From Octopus bimaculoides (taxonomy: Eukaryota): DNA of 34,364 bases. The notes beneath the pieces are model-generated. The model did no database searches and was not told where the DNA came from. It saw nothing but the letters and a program-made list of their open reading frames with translations. Location: assembly GCF_001194135.2 (NCBI RefSeq), contig NC_068989.1:43172535-43206898 (forward strand), written 5' to 3'. The translations under genes and the position numbers were made by a program. Of the stretch, positions 9,877 to 21,242 are shown one piece after another; within the stretch, counting starts at the first letter, position 1; each line of letters opens with the position of its first letter.

Positions 9877-10115
9877 GCTATGGAAAGTCTTGCTTCGACC
9901 TGTAACAGTAGAGCACGTTCAGCCGACACTGGAGCATTTACTCCAGCTGACAGAGATGTGGTCAGCGCAAGGTAGTAAGGAAGACGAGCTACTTCCCGTA
10001 TTGCCAAGTGTATTTCTTTTGCACTTCGTCAATACACTGGTGCCAAACAACAATGCAACTTAGCATCAGTGACGCCGCAGGAGTTGCCAAGACAAATTTG
10101 CAGACAACATACCGC
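9877..10115 (+). pseudogene. Possible Tc1-like transposase N-terminal relic
   Basis: Frame reads STCNSRARSADTGAFTPADRDVVSAR**GRRATSRIAK, resembling the Tc1 R-SGRPR-TT--DR-VV--AR--RR-T-R segment; two stops at 9973-9978. Confidence 0.35.
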
Positions 10116-10262
10116 TCCAGTTTCTTACTTGTATTCGATTAATTTGACCTACGTTTTAGTATTTGACTGTTCATTTTATCGACCTCCGAAGGATGAGACT
10201 TCAATGCAAAACGAGTTGCAAGATATTGTGTCTACCGCTTTAACGATTCAACCATTCACAGT

Positions 10263-10820
10263 CATTATTATTAGTGTTGTTGTTGTTGTCTTTGCACAGC
10301 TTCTATCCCTGGAGTTGTACTACGGTGCCAGCTGCTCACCACCAGTGAACTAAGGTAACACCTCTTATTTTTCGAGCACTATCCGGAGTATTTGAGCGGT
10401 TCTAAGCAGTGCTGTTTTCTGCAAGTGCTCTACCGTTATTGCAGCCCCTATTTGTTCCGTGTACGGCTCAAGATTTTTACTCACTGTTCCAAGGGCTCAG
10501 ACAGTTACTGGTATTACTACCACCCTTTTCATCTACCACAACTGTTTAACCCCCCAAGCTAACCTGTCATATCTATCAACTTTTCTTTCCTCCTTATCAC
10601 TACCTTATTGTCAGCTGGGCATGCTATATCTATGATCTAGCATAGTTTTTTTTTTTTTCTCAATTAACACTATGTCTGTTTTCCTATTCTCTATCTCATG
10701 GTCGCACTGAATCATAAAATCCCATAGGATCTTTGCATTATCATTTTCGAGGATGCATTCAGGTTTATGTTCGTACCACCTCTTTGCTCTGTCAAGTTCA
10801 TACTTGCTGCAAAGTGTCCA
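10263..10820 (-). mobile_element. 5'-truncated REL-endonuclease non-LTR retrotransposon (R4/Dong/NeSL-like), 3' end
   Basis: WTLCSKYELDRAKRWYEHKPECILENDNAKILWDFMIQCDHEIENRKTDIVLIEK...IIDIACPAD...DRYDRLAW...VVVIPVTV*ALGTVSKNL...LQKTALLRTAQILRIVLEK*. Stop at 10367-10365, then 3'UTR and a (CAA)n/(TAA)n tail. Confidence 0.88.
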
Positions 10821-11030
10821 AGGCGGTGACCTGGCAGAAATGTTAGCACGCCGGGCTCAGCGGTATTTCGTCTGTCTTTACGTTCTGAATTTAAATACTG
10901 CCGAAGTCGACTTTACTTTTCAATCTTTCGGGGGTCGATAAATTAAGTACCAGTTGCGTACTGGTGTCGATCTAATCGACTGGCCCCTCCCAAAAAAATT
11001 TCAGGCCTTGTGCCTAGAGTAGAAAAAAAG
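10821..11030 (+). mobile_element. tRNA-derived SINE with Nin/Inv-like central domain
   Basis: Head ggcggtgacctggcagaaatgttagcacgccggg, then gtcgactttacttttcaatctttcgggggtcgataaattaagtaccag. The domain name is from memory. Confidence 0.85.
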
Positions 11031-11116
11031 TGTTCAATGGACAATCCTTGCTATATTGTCATGACGTCTCTTGTATTCTTTATGTGCTAGTGGCGTACAT
11101 TGACTGGTAATATGCC

Positions 11117-11129
11117 ATTATTATTATTA

Positions 11130-11186
<57 letters not shown>
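11117..11186. repeat. (TAT)n microsatellite
   Basis: Read directly from the sequence. Confidence 0.98.
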
Positions 11187-11188
<2 letters not shown>

Positions 11189-12018
11189 TCCGCCTTGGCG
11201 AAGGCGGAAGTGTTGTTTTCAGTCGTGTTTGTTTATTTGTTTGCCCTTGGACAAGATATCCCAAGAACCGCTGGATAGATTCGGATAAACCTTTCACGGA
11301 TGTTTTGCCTCGTGACTAGCACGAACTGATGAGATTTTGAGATCGATCCGGTACCGGACAAGAATTCTGCATTACTTGTTACATTTACTTTACATGATTA
11401 CGGTCTTACGTTGATTTTCAAGTCTTTCTCAATTATCTCCCTTTTGGCTGTTTCCAAAGCTTTATTTGCGTCTCTATCTTAGTAGAGACTGATAGATAAA
11501 GAATTTAAACTACACAAACCGTTCAGAAATTATATATATATATATNNNNNNNNNNNNNNNNNNNNNNNNATACATTGATCTAAAACAACAGGAATACCAA
11601 AGGAAAGCCGGAATTTAAAAGAAGAGAAAACCAAAAAGTCGCATGCTATTCATTTAAAAAATTCTGAGTAGAACTTATTATTACCTCAGCCTTTGAAACT
11701 ATTTTGAATGGTGAATTTGTTAACTTTGGTTTCTATTAGATAAAGATAAACTATTTATTACTGTTACTAAATTTTCTACAGCAATCTTCGCATTCCATGA
11801 CTACCGCTTGGATCGATCAGTGTACCAGATAAAGATTCCTGATTATTTTTCCGATCTTTTTACTTAATTTTTGAGAGAGATCAGGTTCATTTTCAGAATT
11901 CTCGTTTGTAAGAGCAGTTGAGTTTATTTCAGATATTCTCATTTTAAAAATCATCTCTGGCTAATCTTTTAGAGAACATTGGTGTTCCCTTGGCGGAGGT
12001 TTGTGCTATCTCAGTGCT
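11187..12018 (+). mobile_element. Helentron-type non-autonomous element (HINE/DINE-like)
   Basis: Subterminal inverted repeat cctccgcc (11187-11194) / ggcggagg (11992-11999), 5' hairpin CCGCCTT-ggcg-AAGGCGG, an internal repeated gatcgatc...gtacc.ga motif, and a T-rich flank. Confidence 0.6.
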
Positions 12019-12019
12019 G

Positions 12020-12831
12020 GTGTTGTTGTTGTTGTTGTTGTTGTACGTTTGACTTTTGCTTTGTATTTGTACAAGTTGGCTCCGAGTTTCACCCAGAGAC
12101 CTCAAGAGACAACAAGTTAGAAGTTCATATTGGTGTTATGCCTAGGATGTCATATATTTGGTTTTTCATAAAGTATTGTTCTAAAGAATGTTTAAGAAAC
12201 ATAAGAAAATTATGAGTTTGTTTTAAAATTTGAGAATACATAAACAGTTTTTACGTAGGATATGGGCAGTTCCCATGAGCACTATCTTTTGAATTTCTGC
12301 CATTTTGGGGATTCCTGGTATCTGAGCTAGATAGCATCAGCCCCTTTTGTTATCATTCCTAGGGCACCTATGACAACAGGTATTGTTTTAGTCTTGAGGC
12401 TCCACATTTTGCTAATTTCTGTTTCAAGATCTTTATACTTGCTCAGATTTTTGGTAGATCTTGACAGATACATTTATGTCGATTGGGACAGTCATATCAA
12501 TGAGGAGGCATGATTTTTGTTTGAAGTCTTTCGATATAATGTCTGGCCTATTCGCATCTATCTGTCAGTTTGAATGAAAAAGTTCCAGAGGAGTGAGATG
12601 TGATCATTTTCAAGAACTGGGGTTGGTTTGTGTTCCCACTAGTTTTTATCGTGAGGCAGGTCCAGGTTTTTTACAAATTACATATTGAATATATTGTGCT
12701 GCTCTATCATGCCTGTTGAGATACTCGGTAGGCGCAAGAAGATTGCATATGGAGACAACATGATCAATAGTTTCATTTTGTTGTTGATATACACGACCAT
12801 GGATTGGTATTTTATTAGCCATTCCTAAAGG
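12020..12831 (-). mobile_element. Second, distinct REL-endonuclease non-LTR retrotransposon 3' end
   Basis: Zn-knuckle remnant ETIDHVVSICNLLAPTEYLNRHDRAAQYI; REL motifs NRPDII...CLLIDMTVPID...SKYKDLETEISKMWSLKTKTIPVVIGALG...IQKIVLMGTAHILR; (CAA)n tail at 12020-12044. Confidence 0.9.
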
Positions 12832-12844
12832 ATGGATGATAAAG

Positions 12845-12945
12845 ATGACCTGGTCAAGATTTGAACTCAGAAAGCATAGAGTCGGAACAAATACTGAATG
12901 TTATTGTATCCGACGCTCTAATGAGTCTGCCAATTCACCGTTTTA
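12845..12945 (-). mobile_element. SINE head fragment
   Basis: agatttgaactcagaaagc...tctgccaattcaccg, like other minus-strand copies. Confidence 0.6.
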
Positions 12946-13689
12946 AAACCCAGATCAACCTGATCAATATATTCTTTTATTAAAAGCGTTCCAACCAATC
13001 CGGCTTTTTAACGTACGATAAATGGTGATGAAAACTTGACTGTTATTTCTGGCAGATCATGTGACCATGCAGAGGTTCCCTTGTAGGCTTGTCAACAACC
13101 ATTATATCAGCATGGTAATCTCCAATTCTAAGACCATTATCATTTTATTCAAATATACGTGACCACACAACCAGAGTAAAAATGCATATCACTTTCTTTT
13201 CTATTTTTCCCCTACATTTATGTTGGCGGCTATGTTGGCATTCTACAACTCTGTGTAGAGATTTAATTAAGCTATAACATTTTGTAACCTAAAATAGTTT
13301 GGAGACATCAGATGTGCTCCGGAATATATTAAAAGATTTAAAGCTCCGTATAGACGTTGCTTACATGTAAAGATCATTATCATTGACTTGCTCACCAACC
13401 AAATTGTCCTGTTCACATTACCTCACTTTTGTTCTTGTCATTTTTTTTATTTTGTCAATGATTTCATATATAAAGATAAAAACAGTCATTAAAAAAGGTT
13501 AACTAGTGTGTTTCCCTCGCTGTCTGGTATATTTTTTATGCATTATAGTCTCAACATAATCATAGTGGCAATTGCACATTGGTTTGCAATACGATTATCA
13601 TATATNNNNNNNNNNATATATATATATATATATTTCTGTGTGTATGTGTGTGTGTGTACTTGCCCACACACCGACTATATGCTATATAA

Positions 13690-13726
<37 letters not shown>

Positions 13727-13744
13727 GACACACGCACAGATACG

Positions 13745-13775
<31 letters not shown>

Positions 13776-14203
13776 ATATATCTTTTTTACAACAAACAAA
13801 TGAAACTTGGGTGAGAGATTAGTCCAGTCGGTTACATTGACCCCGTGTTTGGCCGCATGGTTGGACAGGAAGCTGGTGACGTCAAAGCGGTGAGCGTGTG
13901 TAAGTGTGTGTGTTTGTGTGTATACCAGATGTATGAATGCATGGATATAGCTGTACTATTGGTTGTGTGTGTATGTATATGTGAGTGAGTATGAACACGT
14001 GAGCATTAGTACCTGATACATGCACGTGCGTGCAGGAACGTATTTAGGATGCATGTATGGGTGCGTGTGCGTAAGTTTGTACATTCATGCATTTGTGTGT
14101 AAACTTATGAGTGCATGTGCGTACGTATGAAAGAACATATTTGGGTGAGTGTGTGTGTATGTGTGTGTGTGTGTGTGTATATAGACACAAGTATATATAT
14201 GCA

Positions 14204-14207
<4 letters not shown>

Positions 14208-14277
<70 letters not shown>
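14208..14277. repeat. (GT)n microsatellite within a compound repeat zone
   Basis: Read directly from the sequence. Confidence 0.98.
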
Positions 14278-14278
<1 letters not shown>

Positions 14279-15783
14279 ATACGATGGACTTCATAAAAGT
14301 TGCGATCTACCAAATTGCATTCCCAAATCACTGATCAATACTAAAATAGTAAAAGATATTTTCCTATGGTAAAACGCGATCAGATCGACACACCGGAATT
14401 ACATGAGTGTAAAATGAATTCCTAATTATTGATTTGGGGAAAGCCTAATAGCTTTAGAGACAAATTCAATTTGATTATAATTATATTTTATTCATCTCAA
14501 AAAATATCAAAAATACTCTTCTTAATTATATTCCTTTCAATGAGACTGTTCAATCCAAATTTCTAATTTCGGCAACTAAATTCTTTGCATAGCATATTGA
14601 ATGTTAAAACCAGAATGTTTTAACTGATGTACACGTGATTAATAATTCCGAAAGAACGTACATATTAACTAGCCAAAGTGACATTCTTTGAATGCCATTC
14701 TCCTTGACATTAATCTTTCTGCAGTTTTCATATCTGAAAACATGACGTACTTTCATTTCCTGTGAAAGTAAAGTATGTGTGGTCGATGTTGAAAGCAATG
14801 GTTTTGAGTTGTCGGAAAAGATGATTAATTTTTCGCAGCTGTGCAACACTACTACGGTGTGAGAAAAAGATGCATTCCCTTAAGTCGATTTGATTTACAG
14901 TCGCCCCGGAGAGGTAAAAATCAATGTTGACCCAAGCTGTATTTGAACTTGCAATAAATGTGATCAAATCTGTACATTTGGCGTTTGAAAAATATGTTAA
15001 CTCAGTACCTCAGTAACTTTATCTTATGATATTTACTTTGCTTTATATTATGCTCATTTATTGTGCTTTTAATTGTTAATTTTTCTATATGTGATAGTGG
15101 ATTTTTATCGATGAGTTCTTGAAACTTGGTTATTTTCCCTAAAACTATATATTTTATATATATTTTATCTATAAAGCTCAATTTAATTTTGATTTTTTAT
15201 AAATTGATTNNNNNNNNNNNNNNNNNNNNNNNNNNNNNNNNNNNNNNNNNNNNNNNNNNNNNNNNNNNNNNNNNNNNNNNNNNNNNNNNNNNNNNNNNNN
15301 NNNNNNNNNNNNNNNNNNNNNNNNNNNNNNNNNNNNNNNNNNNNNNNNNNNNNNNNNNNNNNNNNNNNNNNNNNNNNNNNNNNNNNNNNNNNNNNNNNNN
15401 NNNNNNNNNNNNNNNNNNNNNNNNNNNNNNNNNNNNNNNNNNNNNNNNNNNNNNNNNNNNNNNNNNNNNNNNNNNNNNNNNNNNNNNNNNNNNNNNNNNN
15501 NNNNNNNNNNNNNNNNNNNNNNNNNNNNNNNNNNNNNNNNNNNNNNNNNNNNNNNNNNNNNNNNNNNNNNNNNNNNNNNNNNNNNNNNNNNNNNNNNNNN
15601 NNNNNNNNNNNNNNNNNNNNNNNNNNNNNNNNNNNNNNNNNNNNNNNNNNNNNNNNNNNNNNNNNNNNNNNNNNNNNNNNNNNNNNNNNNNNNNNNNNNN
15701 NNNNNNNNNNNNNNNNNNNNNNNNNNNNNNNNNNNNNNNNNNNNNNNNNNNNNNNNNNNNNNNNNNNNNNNNNNNNNNNNNNN

Positions 15784-15828
<45 letters not shown>

Positions 15829-16249
15829 CAAAATTTAACATAAGCACAACAAACGGATAAATTTACAAAAACATAACAAATAGAAAATTCGTAGCTTATT
15901 CCTCATCGGTCGACGTTCAAAAGATCATTACAATTTCATGTTGATATTGTTCACTTTTGATGGCGCCAGTGGAAAAAAGCACTTGCAATAGCTAACGATT
16001 GTACAGTACAATGACAAAAACAAACGCATCAAAATAAAACATACGTATACAACAAAAAGAGCCGTGCGGCCGCCAGACGGATTTGGGGTAACGCAAATGA
16101 AAATGAAAATGTTCTGTAGGACTAGAGACGAGAGAAGGACAGATAGAAAGTCAGAACGAAGAAAGAAGTAAAGTATTAGGGATAGAAAGAAAGAGAAAGA
16201 GGGTAGGAGGAAGGACAAAGTGAGGTAAAGAAAGAGAAAGAGACAGAAA

Positions 16250-16480
16250 TAGACGTCGCATAGTCATCATGTGTCGTACGCCAACAGCGCATTAATAAAA
16301 TTATAACGTAAGACTTTCCTGTTAAGTAGCAATTCTCCAACTGCTTCCCACTCCTGTCCAAACACCTTTTGATATTGTTCCTGAATTGCGTTCTTTGCCC
16401 ATCTCTTGATCTATTGCTCTTTACTCTTCCTTCCATGGTAATGTTTTCCAAACCTCTGCTTCTTCGAATATGGCCATAAA
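16250..16480 (-). mobile_element. RTE-clade LINE 3' coding remnant
   Basis: YGHIRRSRGLENITMEGRVKSNRSRDGQRTQFRNNIKRCL fits the RTE C-terminal pattern GHI-R---LE----EG-----R-RGR-R--W---IK. Confidence 0.7.
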
Positions 16481-16626
16481 CAAATGTGCTTTTGTTTTTT
16501 GTCGTCTTGTAAGACTTGCAATAATTGTCGGAGATTCGTAATATGTGTGGGGGGTGGCGTGTTAAATAAAATGAAACAAAGCCAAGGCTGTGTGGAATTT
16601 TTAGGACATCTATAAAGTGAAGGTTA

Positions 16627-16674
16627 GTCTTATAGCTGTTTCTGAGATATTAGGGACATCCCTACATGAGAGAC
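16627..16674 (-). ncRNA. Decayed hammerhead-like motif downstream of the Penelope endonuclease
   Basis: GUCU-CUCAUGU-A-GGGAU(9 nt)AUCUC-A-GAA-ACAGCUAU-A-AGAC: stems I and II intact, two core substitutions. Confidence 0.45.
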
Positions 16675-16740
16675 AATATGAGAGAGTTAAATAGAGGGAA
16701 ATAGTAGAGTGTGATAATTTAGGTTGCATTTAGATTTGTA

Positions 16741-17052
16741 GTAAAATTTGAAGGTATGAAAAAAGCGGTGGTTGCATGTAACTAGGGCCTCTTTATACTT
16801 ATTTAGTGGTGTTGGAAAGCTGTGTTTTAATATGTGGAGTGTCTCTTTTAGGCATAGCATACAGGCTGAGCTTTGAACCTGGTATGGAAGTCCTGAATTT
16901 ATTATGGATCATGACAAGTTATATGAAATATTCCTATTTTTGAGATGATGTATATGACTTGCGAGCGTTGTGGATTTACTGTGTTTCTCATATCTAAAAG
17001 AATTGAGAAGCGCAGCGTATCGCTGTTTGAAAGTTGTAGTTGGCCCTATATA
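16741..17052 (-). pseudogene. Penelope-like element GIY-YIG endonuclease remnant
   Basis: 104 codons with one TGA (at a Trp position): YIGPTTTFKQRYAALLNSFRYEKHSKSTTLASHIHHLKNRNISYNLS*SIINSGLPYQVQSSACMLCLKETLHILKHSFPTPLNKYKEALVTCNHRFF. Shows YIG, FKQRY, ST-L--HI, C-LCL-E and LN---E----C-H motifs. Confidence 0.88.
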
Positions 17053-17105
17053 TATGGTATATATAGATATATGTGTGTGTGTATGTATATATGTAAAAAT
17101 GTATG

Positions 17106-17164
<59 letters not shown>

Positions 17165-17255
17165 CAAATGTAGAATTAAAGAATTAAAGTTTAGAAAGTA
17201 GGTGTTAATTACAGTATCCAAACCTTGTTTCAGGGTAAGTCTCAGGTTGTGTGCC

Positions 17256-17297
17256 CGCAGAGCACGTTCGCTACTTATGGCTACCAAGCGTCTTCAG
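17256..17297 (-). ncRNA. Decayed hammerhead-like motif upstream of the Penelope endonuclease
   Basis: CUGAAGA-C-GCU...AGC-GAAC-GUG: intact 5' core and stem II, one A missing from GAAA, stem I unclear. Confidence 0.3.
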
Positions 17298-17637
17298 TGA
17301 TACTGTGCGTTCGCCGTTAGATCTATGTCCAGAATTTCGAGATGCACGTAATGTATATTTTAAAAGATTAATACGGAAGACGGAGTGTAACTAGCATACA
17401 TATGTATGTGTGTGTGACTGTCTGTACATGTGGGTACGTATAGCCACCCATGTAGTCTAATGACTGGAATCTGACCATGGTGTTGTGCTTGACAGCTCTA
17501 GCCAAGCCATCAAACGCCTACCCACGCTAAAACCGTCAATCTAATGCCATAAACACCCCCTCTATTTACACTAGATACTTCACTTTTTCTATTTTAGTAA
17601 CGACTTCTTGACCACAAATATAAACATCCCTCACTCC

Positions 17638-17691
17638 TGTATGTATGTATGTATGTATGTACGTATGTATGTATGCATGTACGTATGTACT

Positions 17692-17772
<81 letters not shown>

Positions 17773-17840
17773 TACATACATACATACATACATACGTACA
17801 TATACGCACGCACCCGCGCACACGTACATACATACATACA

Positions 17841-17870
<30 letters not shown>
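17638..17870. repeat. Compound (TATG)n-(TA)n-(TACA)n microsatellite
   Basis: Read directly; explains the overlapping spurious ORFs. Confidence 0.97.
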
Positions 17871-17872
<2 letters not shown>

Positions 17873-17933
17873 AACACAAAGGATTGAGAATTATGCATTC
17901 TTTAATTCGCTTACGCTCGTTTCACATGAAATG

Positions 17934-18033
17934 GCATTTCAAAATTCTGTGATGTAGAAATCATACATGTTTGTCGATCCCATATTTGATCGATTATTGC
18001 GGATGATTTCTGCATCACAGAAATTTGAAATGC
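17934..18033 (+). other. 100-nt hairpin with 31-bp arms (pre-miRNA-like or MITE relic)
   Basis: 17934-17964 pairs with 18003-18033 with one A-A mismatch and one G-U; the loop holds a 6-bp inner stem TCGATC/GATCGA. Confidence 0.5.
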
Positions 18034-18701
18034 TTTTCTATCCGAAACACAATAAGTGAATTAAAACATTTATACTTCTCCATTCCTGGTATTTTTCTCC
18101 TATACTTTGTGTCCTTATACTAAATTTATTAGGTGTTTGGACTTCGGATTTACAAATGAAACAAACAGCTGAAAGTAATTTTACGGTTGACGTGGATTAC
18201 AATGGTTTTCACTGAACAATTTAGTTAGCCAAGTTTGATCTCTACGGAGTGCCTAAAAAGTACGCGCTTGGATTTTTCTTTTGTTTTATGTGTAGTGGTG
18301 CATGTGTGTGTGTGTATGTGTGTGTGTTTGTGTGTATGTGTGTGTGTGAAATTACATAAATGACAAAGGATCAAAAAATGATGCACTGAATTTCATTAGC
18401 TTACAACCATTTCGACTAGCTTCTGCATTACCTTCATTTTTTTTTAAACTCTGAGGAAGCCATGAGGTGATTTACATACACTCAGCTCTTATTGCAGTAA
18501 CATCTGTAATTTAATGAAGTCCATTGTATAATTACCTGTTCCTTTTTTCATTTGTTTAATTTCATACATCGTACTGTACTCGACTAACGCTTTATTCTGA
18601 ATAATATGTATATTGAGTTCCAACACCAGGTTTTTATTATCGCTACGCTTCGGAGAAATATTAATATGTGTGTGTGTGTGTGTGTGTGTGTGCGTGCGTG
18701 C

Positions 18702-18754
<53 letters not shown>

Positions 18755-19091
18755 TCTGTATGCATGCATGTATGTATGTATGTATGTCTACATTAAAAAA
18801 ATCAAAACAGAATACAGGTACGATTAAAGGAAAAGGAGAAGAGACGAGTACACTCGGAAATCTTCTCATCAGAAGATCAGACTTAGAGTAGTTTCGGTGT
18901 GTTTAAAGTCCGAGATACGGTACTAATCTTCTAGTTGCACCAGTGATACAGGTAATTCACCTAGATGGTACACCAGCAAGGTTTAAGACAAAAAGTGAAG
19001 AACACAAGAGAGACGGAAAACAACGGACAAAACAACTAATGCAGGCATACAAGACATACGTGTGCGTATGTGTGCGTATGTTGCGTATGTG

Positions 19092-19173
<82 letters not shown>

Positions 19174-19177
19174 TGTG

Positions 19178-19455
19178 AGTAATTTCATGAAGGGGTTAAG
19201 TCGATTACATCAACCCCAGCACTCAACTGGTACTTATTTTATCAGTACCGAAAGGATGGAAGGTAAAGTCGACCGTAGTGGAGCCTAGAGACGATCGTAA
19301 TACCGCTAAGCGTTTTGCCCGGCAGGTTAACAATTCTACCATCTCGCCGCCTTACCATTTGACAATGACAATACAAGTAATTCGAAATAACATAATAACT
19401 GAATACTTCTTCGGGAACCTACACAATCTACCTTAATTAAATTCTAAATATAAAC
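19178..19455 (-). mobile_element. SINE copy plus ~100 bp flank, duplicated at 22215-22511
   Basis: Both copies share the SINE, private substitutions and the non-SINE flank (ccatttgacaatga...taattaaattctaaatataaac). Confidence 0.85.
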
Positions 19456-19939
19456 ACACACAAAAGCACATGTAAAATACACACACACACACATATATGT
19501 GTGTGTGAGACTATGTGTCTATTTGTTAAAAGTTAATTGAGATCTACTTTTACGATTTATCCTTCGTTAGATCGCTAATGATGGGAATGGACTCACAACC
19601 TTTTTTAGCTAGTTAACTCTTATTTATAACTAATTACAGACATTATAAATATAGATTAGAATAATCCGATGCACAGTGAGAAGTAAATTCAGGCGTTTTG
19701 TAACGTCGAAATTCTGTTCTCCCGCTTAATGCACAAAATTTTCTTATTTACGAATTTTACTAACTCTTTTGTCGTTGTTGCTGCTGCTACCACATGACAA
19801 CGCCATTTTGGATTTGTTGGTACTGTTGTTGTCTCTGAGTATATGGAGAATGTTTACCTTCAATACGGCGCTATATATTCTTTTCGAATCTATCTAACAC
19901 CGCCATTTTGGATTTGCTGGTATTGTTGTTGTCTTTATT

Positions 19940-20180
19940 CTTGCTGTTGTTGATACTGTTCTGTTGCTGCTGCTGCTGCTGCTGCTGTTATTATTATTGT
20001 TATGGCTATTTTTGCTGATGTTATCGTTGCTACTGCTGTTGTTGCTGTTAATGCAACTGCTAATGTTGTCTTCGTCGTTGTTGTTGCAGTTGCTGTTGTT
20101 GCTACTGCTTTTGTTGTTGCTACTGTTGCTAGTGATGTTACTGCAGCTGATGTGTTGCTGCTGCTGATGTTGTTGCTAAT
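19940..20180. repeat. Degenerate (GCT/GTT)n low-complexity trinucleotide tract
   Basis: Read directly from the sequence. Confidence 0.9.
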
Positions 20181-21049
20181 GTTGTGGTCCTTACTCCTGT
20201 TTCCCAATGCAAACCATCACTAGATTCGTTCGTTTTGATTGTTATTTTACCTGCAATCTTTAGCAATTTCTAACGGTTAAATATTTGCTGCGAGTGTCTC
20301 AGAAACGAAAATATAACAGTTTACAGATATGAGACACCTGAAAGGAGAATGGCTTTCAAGGACCGCTGCAAAATACATTGGTAATTACCATCCATCGGAA
20401 TTATTCTTTACACATGCATGAGCTAAAGCATTCAACTTCATTAATTTACTAATTTCACTAATGTATCACCCATTAGTACCTATTATACACCTTGGCGTTC
20501 TTATACAAAAACGCAAAAGTCGTAACTCCTCAGCTAGTCTTCAGATATATAACACATGCTCAGTTGAACTGTTACAATGCATATGAAGTACACTTTTATT
20601 CCCCGGATTTATCCGTCCTGATTTATTATGATTTCATATACGCGCAGATTTACGTAATTTCCTCAGAGAATATCGAGAATGTTTACATTCAACACATCGC
20701 TGTAAATTTTCTTTTCAAGCTTTATCTGTCATCAACCTAACACCGCCATTTTGGATTTGTTTCCCTGAAGTAGAAGAACGCCCATTTCATTGTATATATA
20801 ACACATAATATTTAAGGACGTGATTCTTTTTTATTTTGCTTTATTTTTGTTTTGCCTACATTGTGACAATTCCATTCTCAATCCACATTTCATGAGATCA
20901 AACTAGAAGTCTTTGTGTGTGACAGCTTTTAGTTCTTAGTTTCGACTCCGTCAATTACCAACGGTCTATAAGTGATAGATGAGGTGATATATCACAAAAT
21001 ATTTTCAATGCCTCTTAATTTACATGTGTGTGTGTGTGTATATATATAA

Positions 21050-21204
21050 GCACGGCTGTGTGGTAAGTACTTTGCTTACCAACTACATGGTTCCGGGTTC
21101 AGTCCCACTGCGTGGCACCTTAGACGAGTGTCTTCTACTATAGCATCGGGCCGACCAAAGCCTTGTGAGTGAATTTTGTAGACGGAAACTGAAAGAAGCC
21201 CGTC

Positions 21205-21242
<38 letters not shown>

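Noticed and set aside
11781-11860. Strong acceptor followed by IFAFHDYRLDRSVYQIK
   Set aside because: Lies in the repeated internal motif of the Helentron-type element; no good donor.
13877-13884. Perfect CRE palindrome TGACGTCA
   Set aside because: A single 8-mer in 34 kb is expected by chance, with no promoter context.
18405-18462. Pieces resembling the 1899-2021 family (cttacaaccatttc; ctctgaggaagcc)
   Set aside because: The two halves are in incompatible orientations and cannot form one hammerhead.
18848-18885. Minus-strand CUGAUGA with adjacent hairpins
   Set aside because: GAAA is absent and the core sits in the loop of a simple 7-bp hairpin.
19935-20223. Ala/Thr/Val/Leu-rich ORFs on both strands
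   Set aside because: Trinucleotide low-complexity DNA is open in several frames; no splice or domain support.
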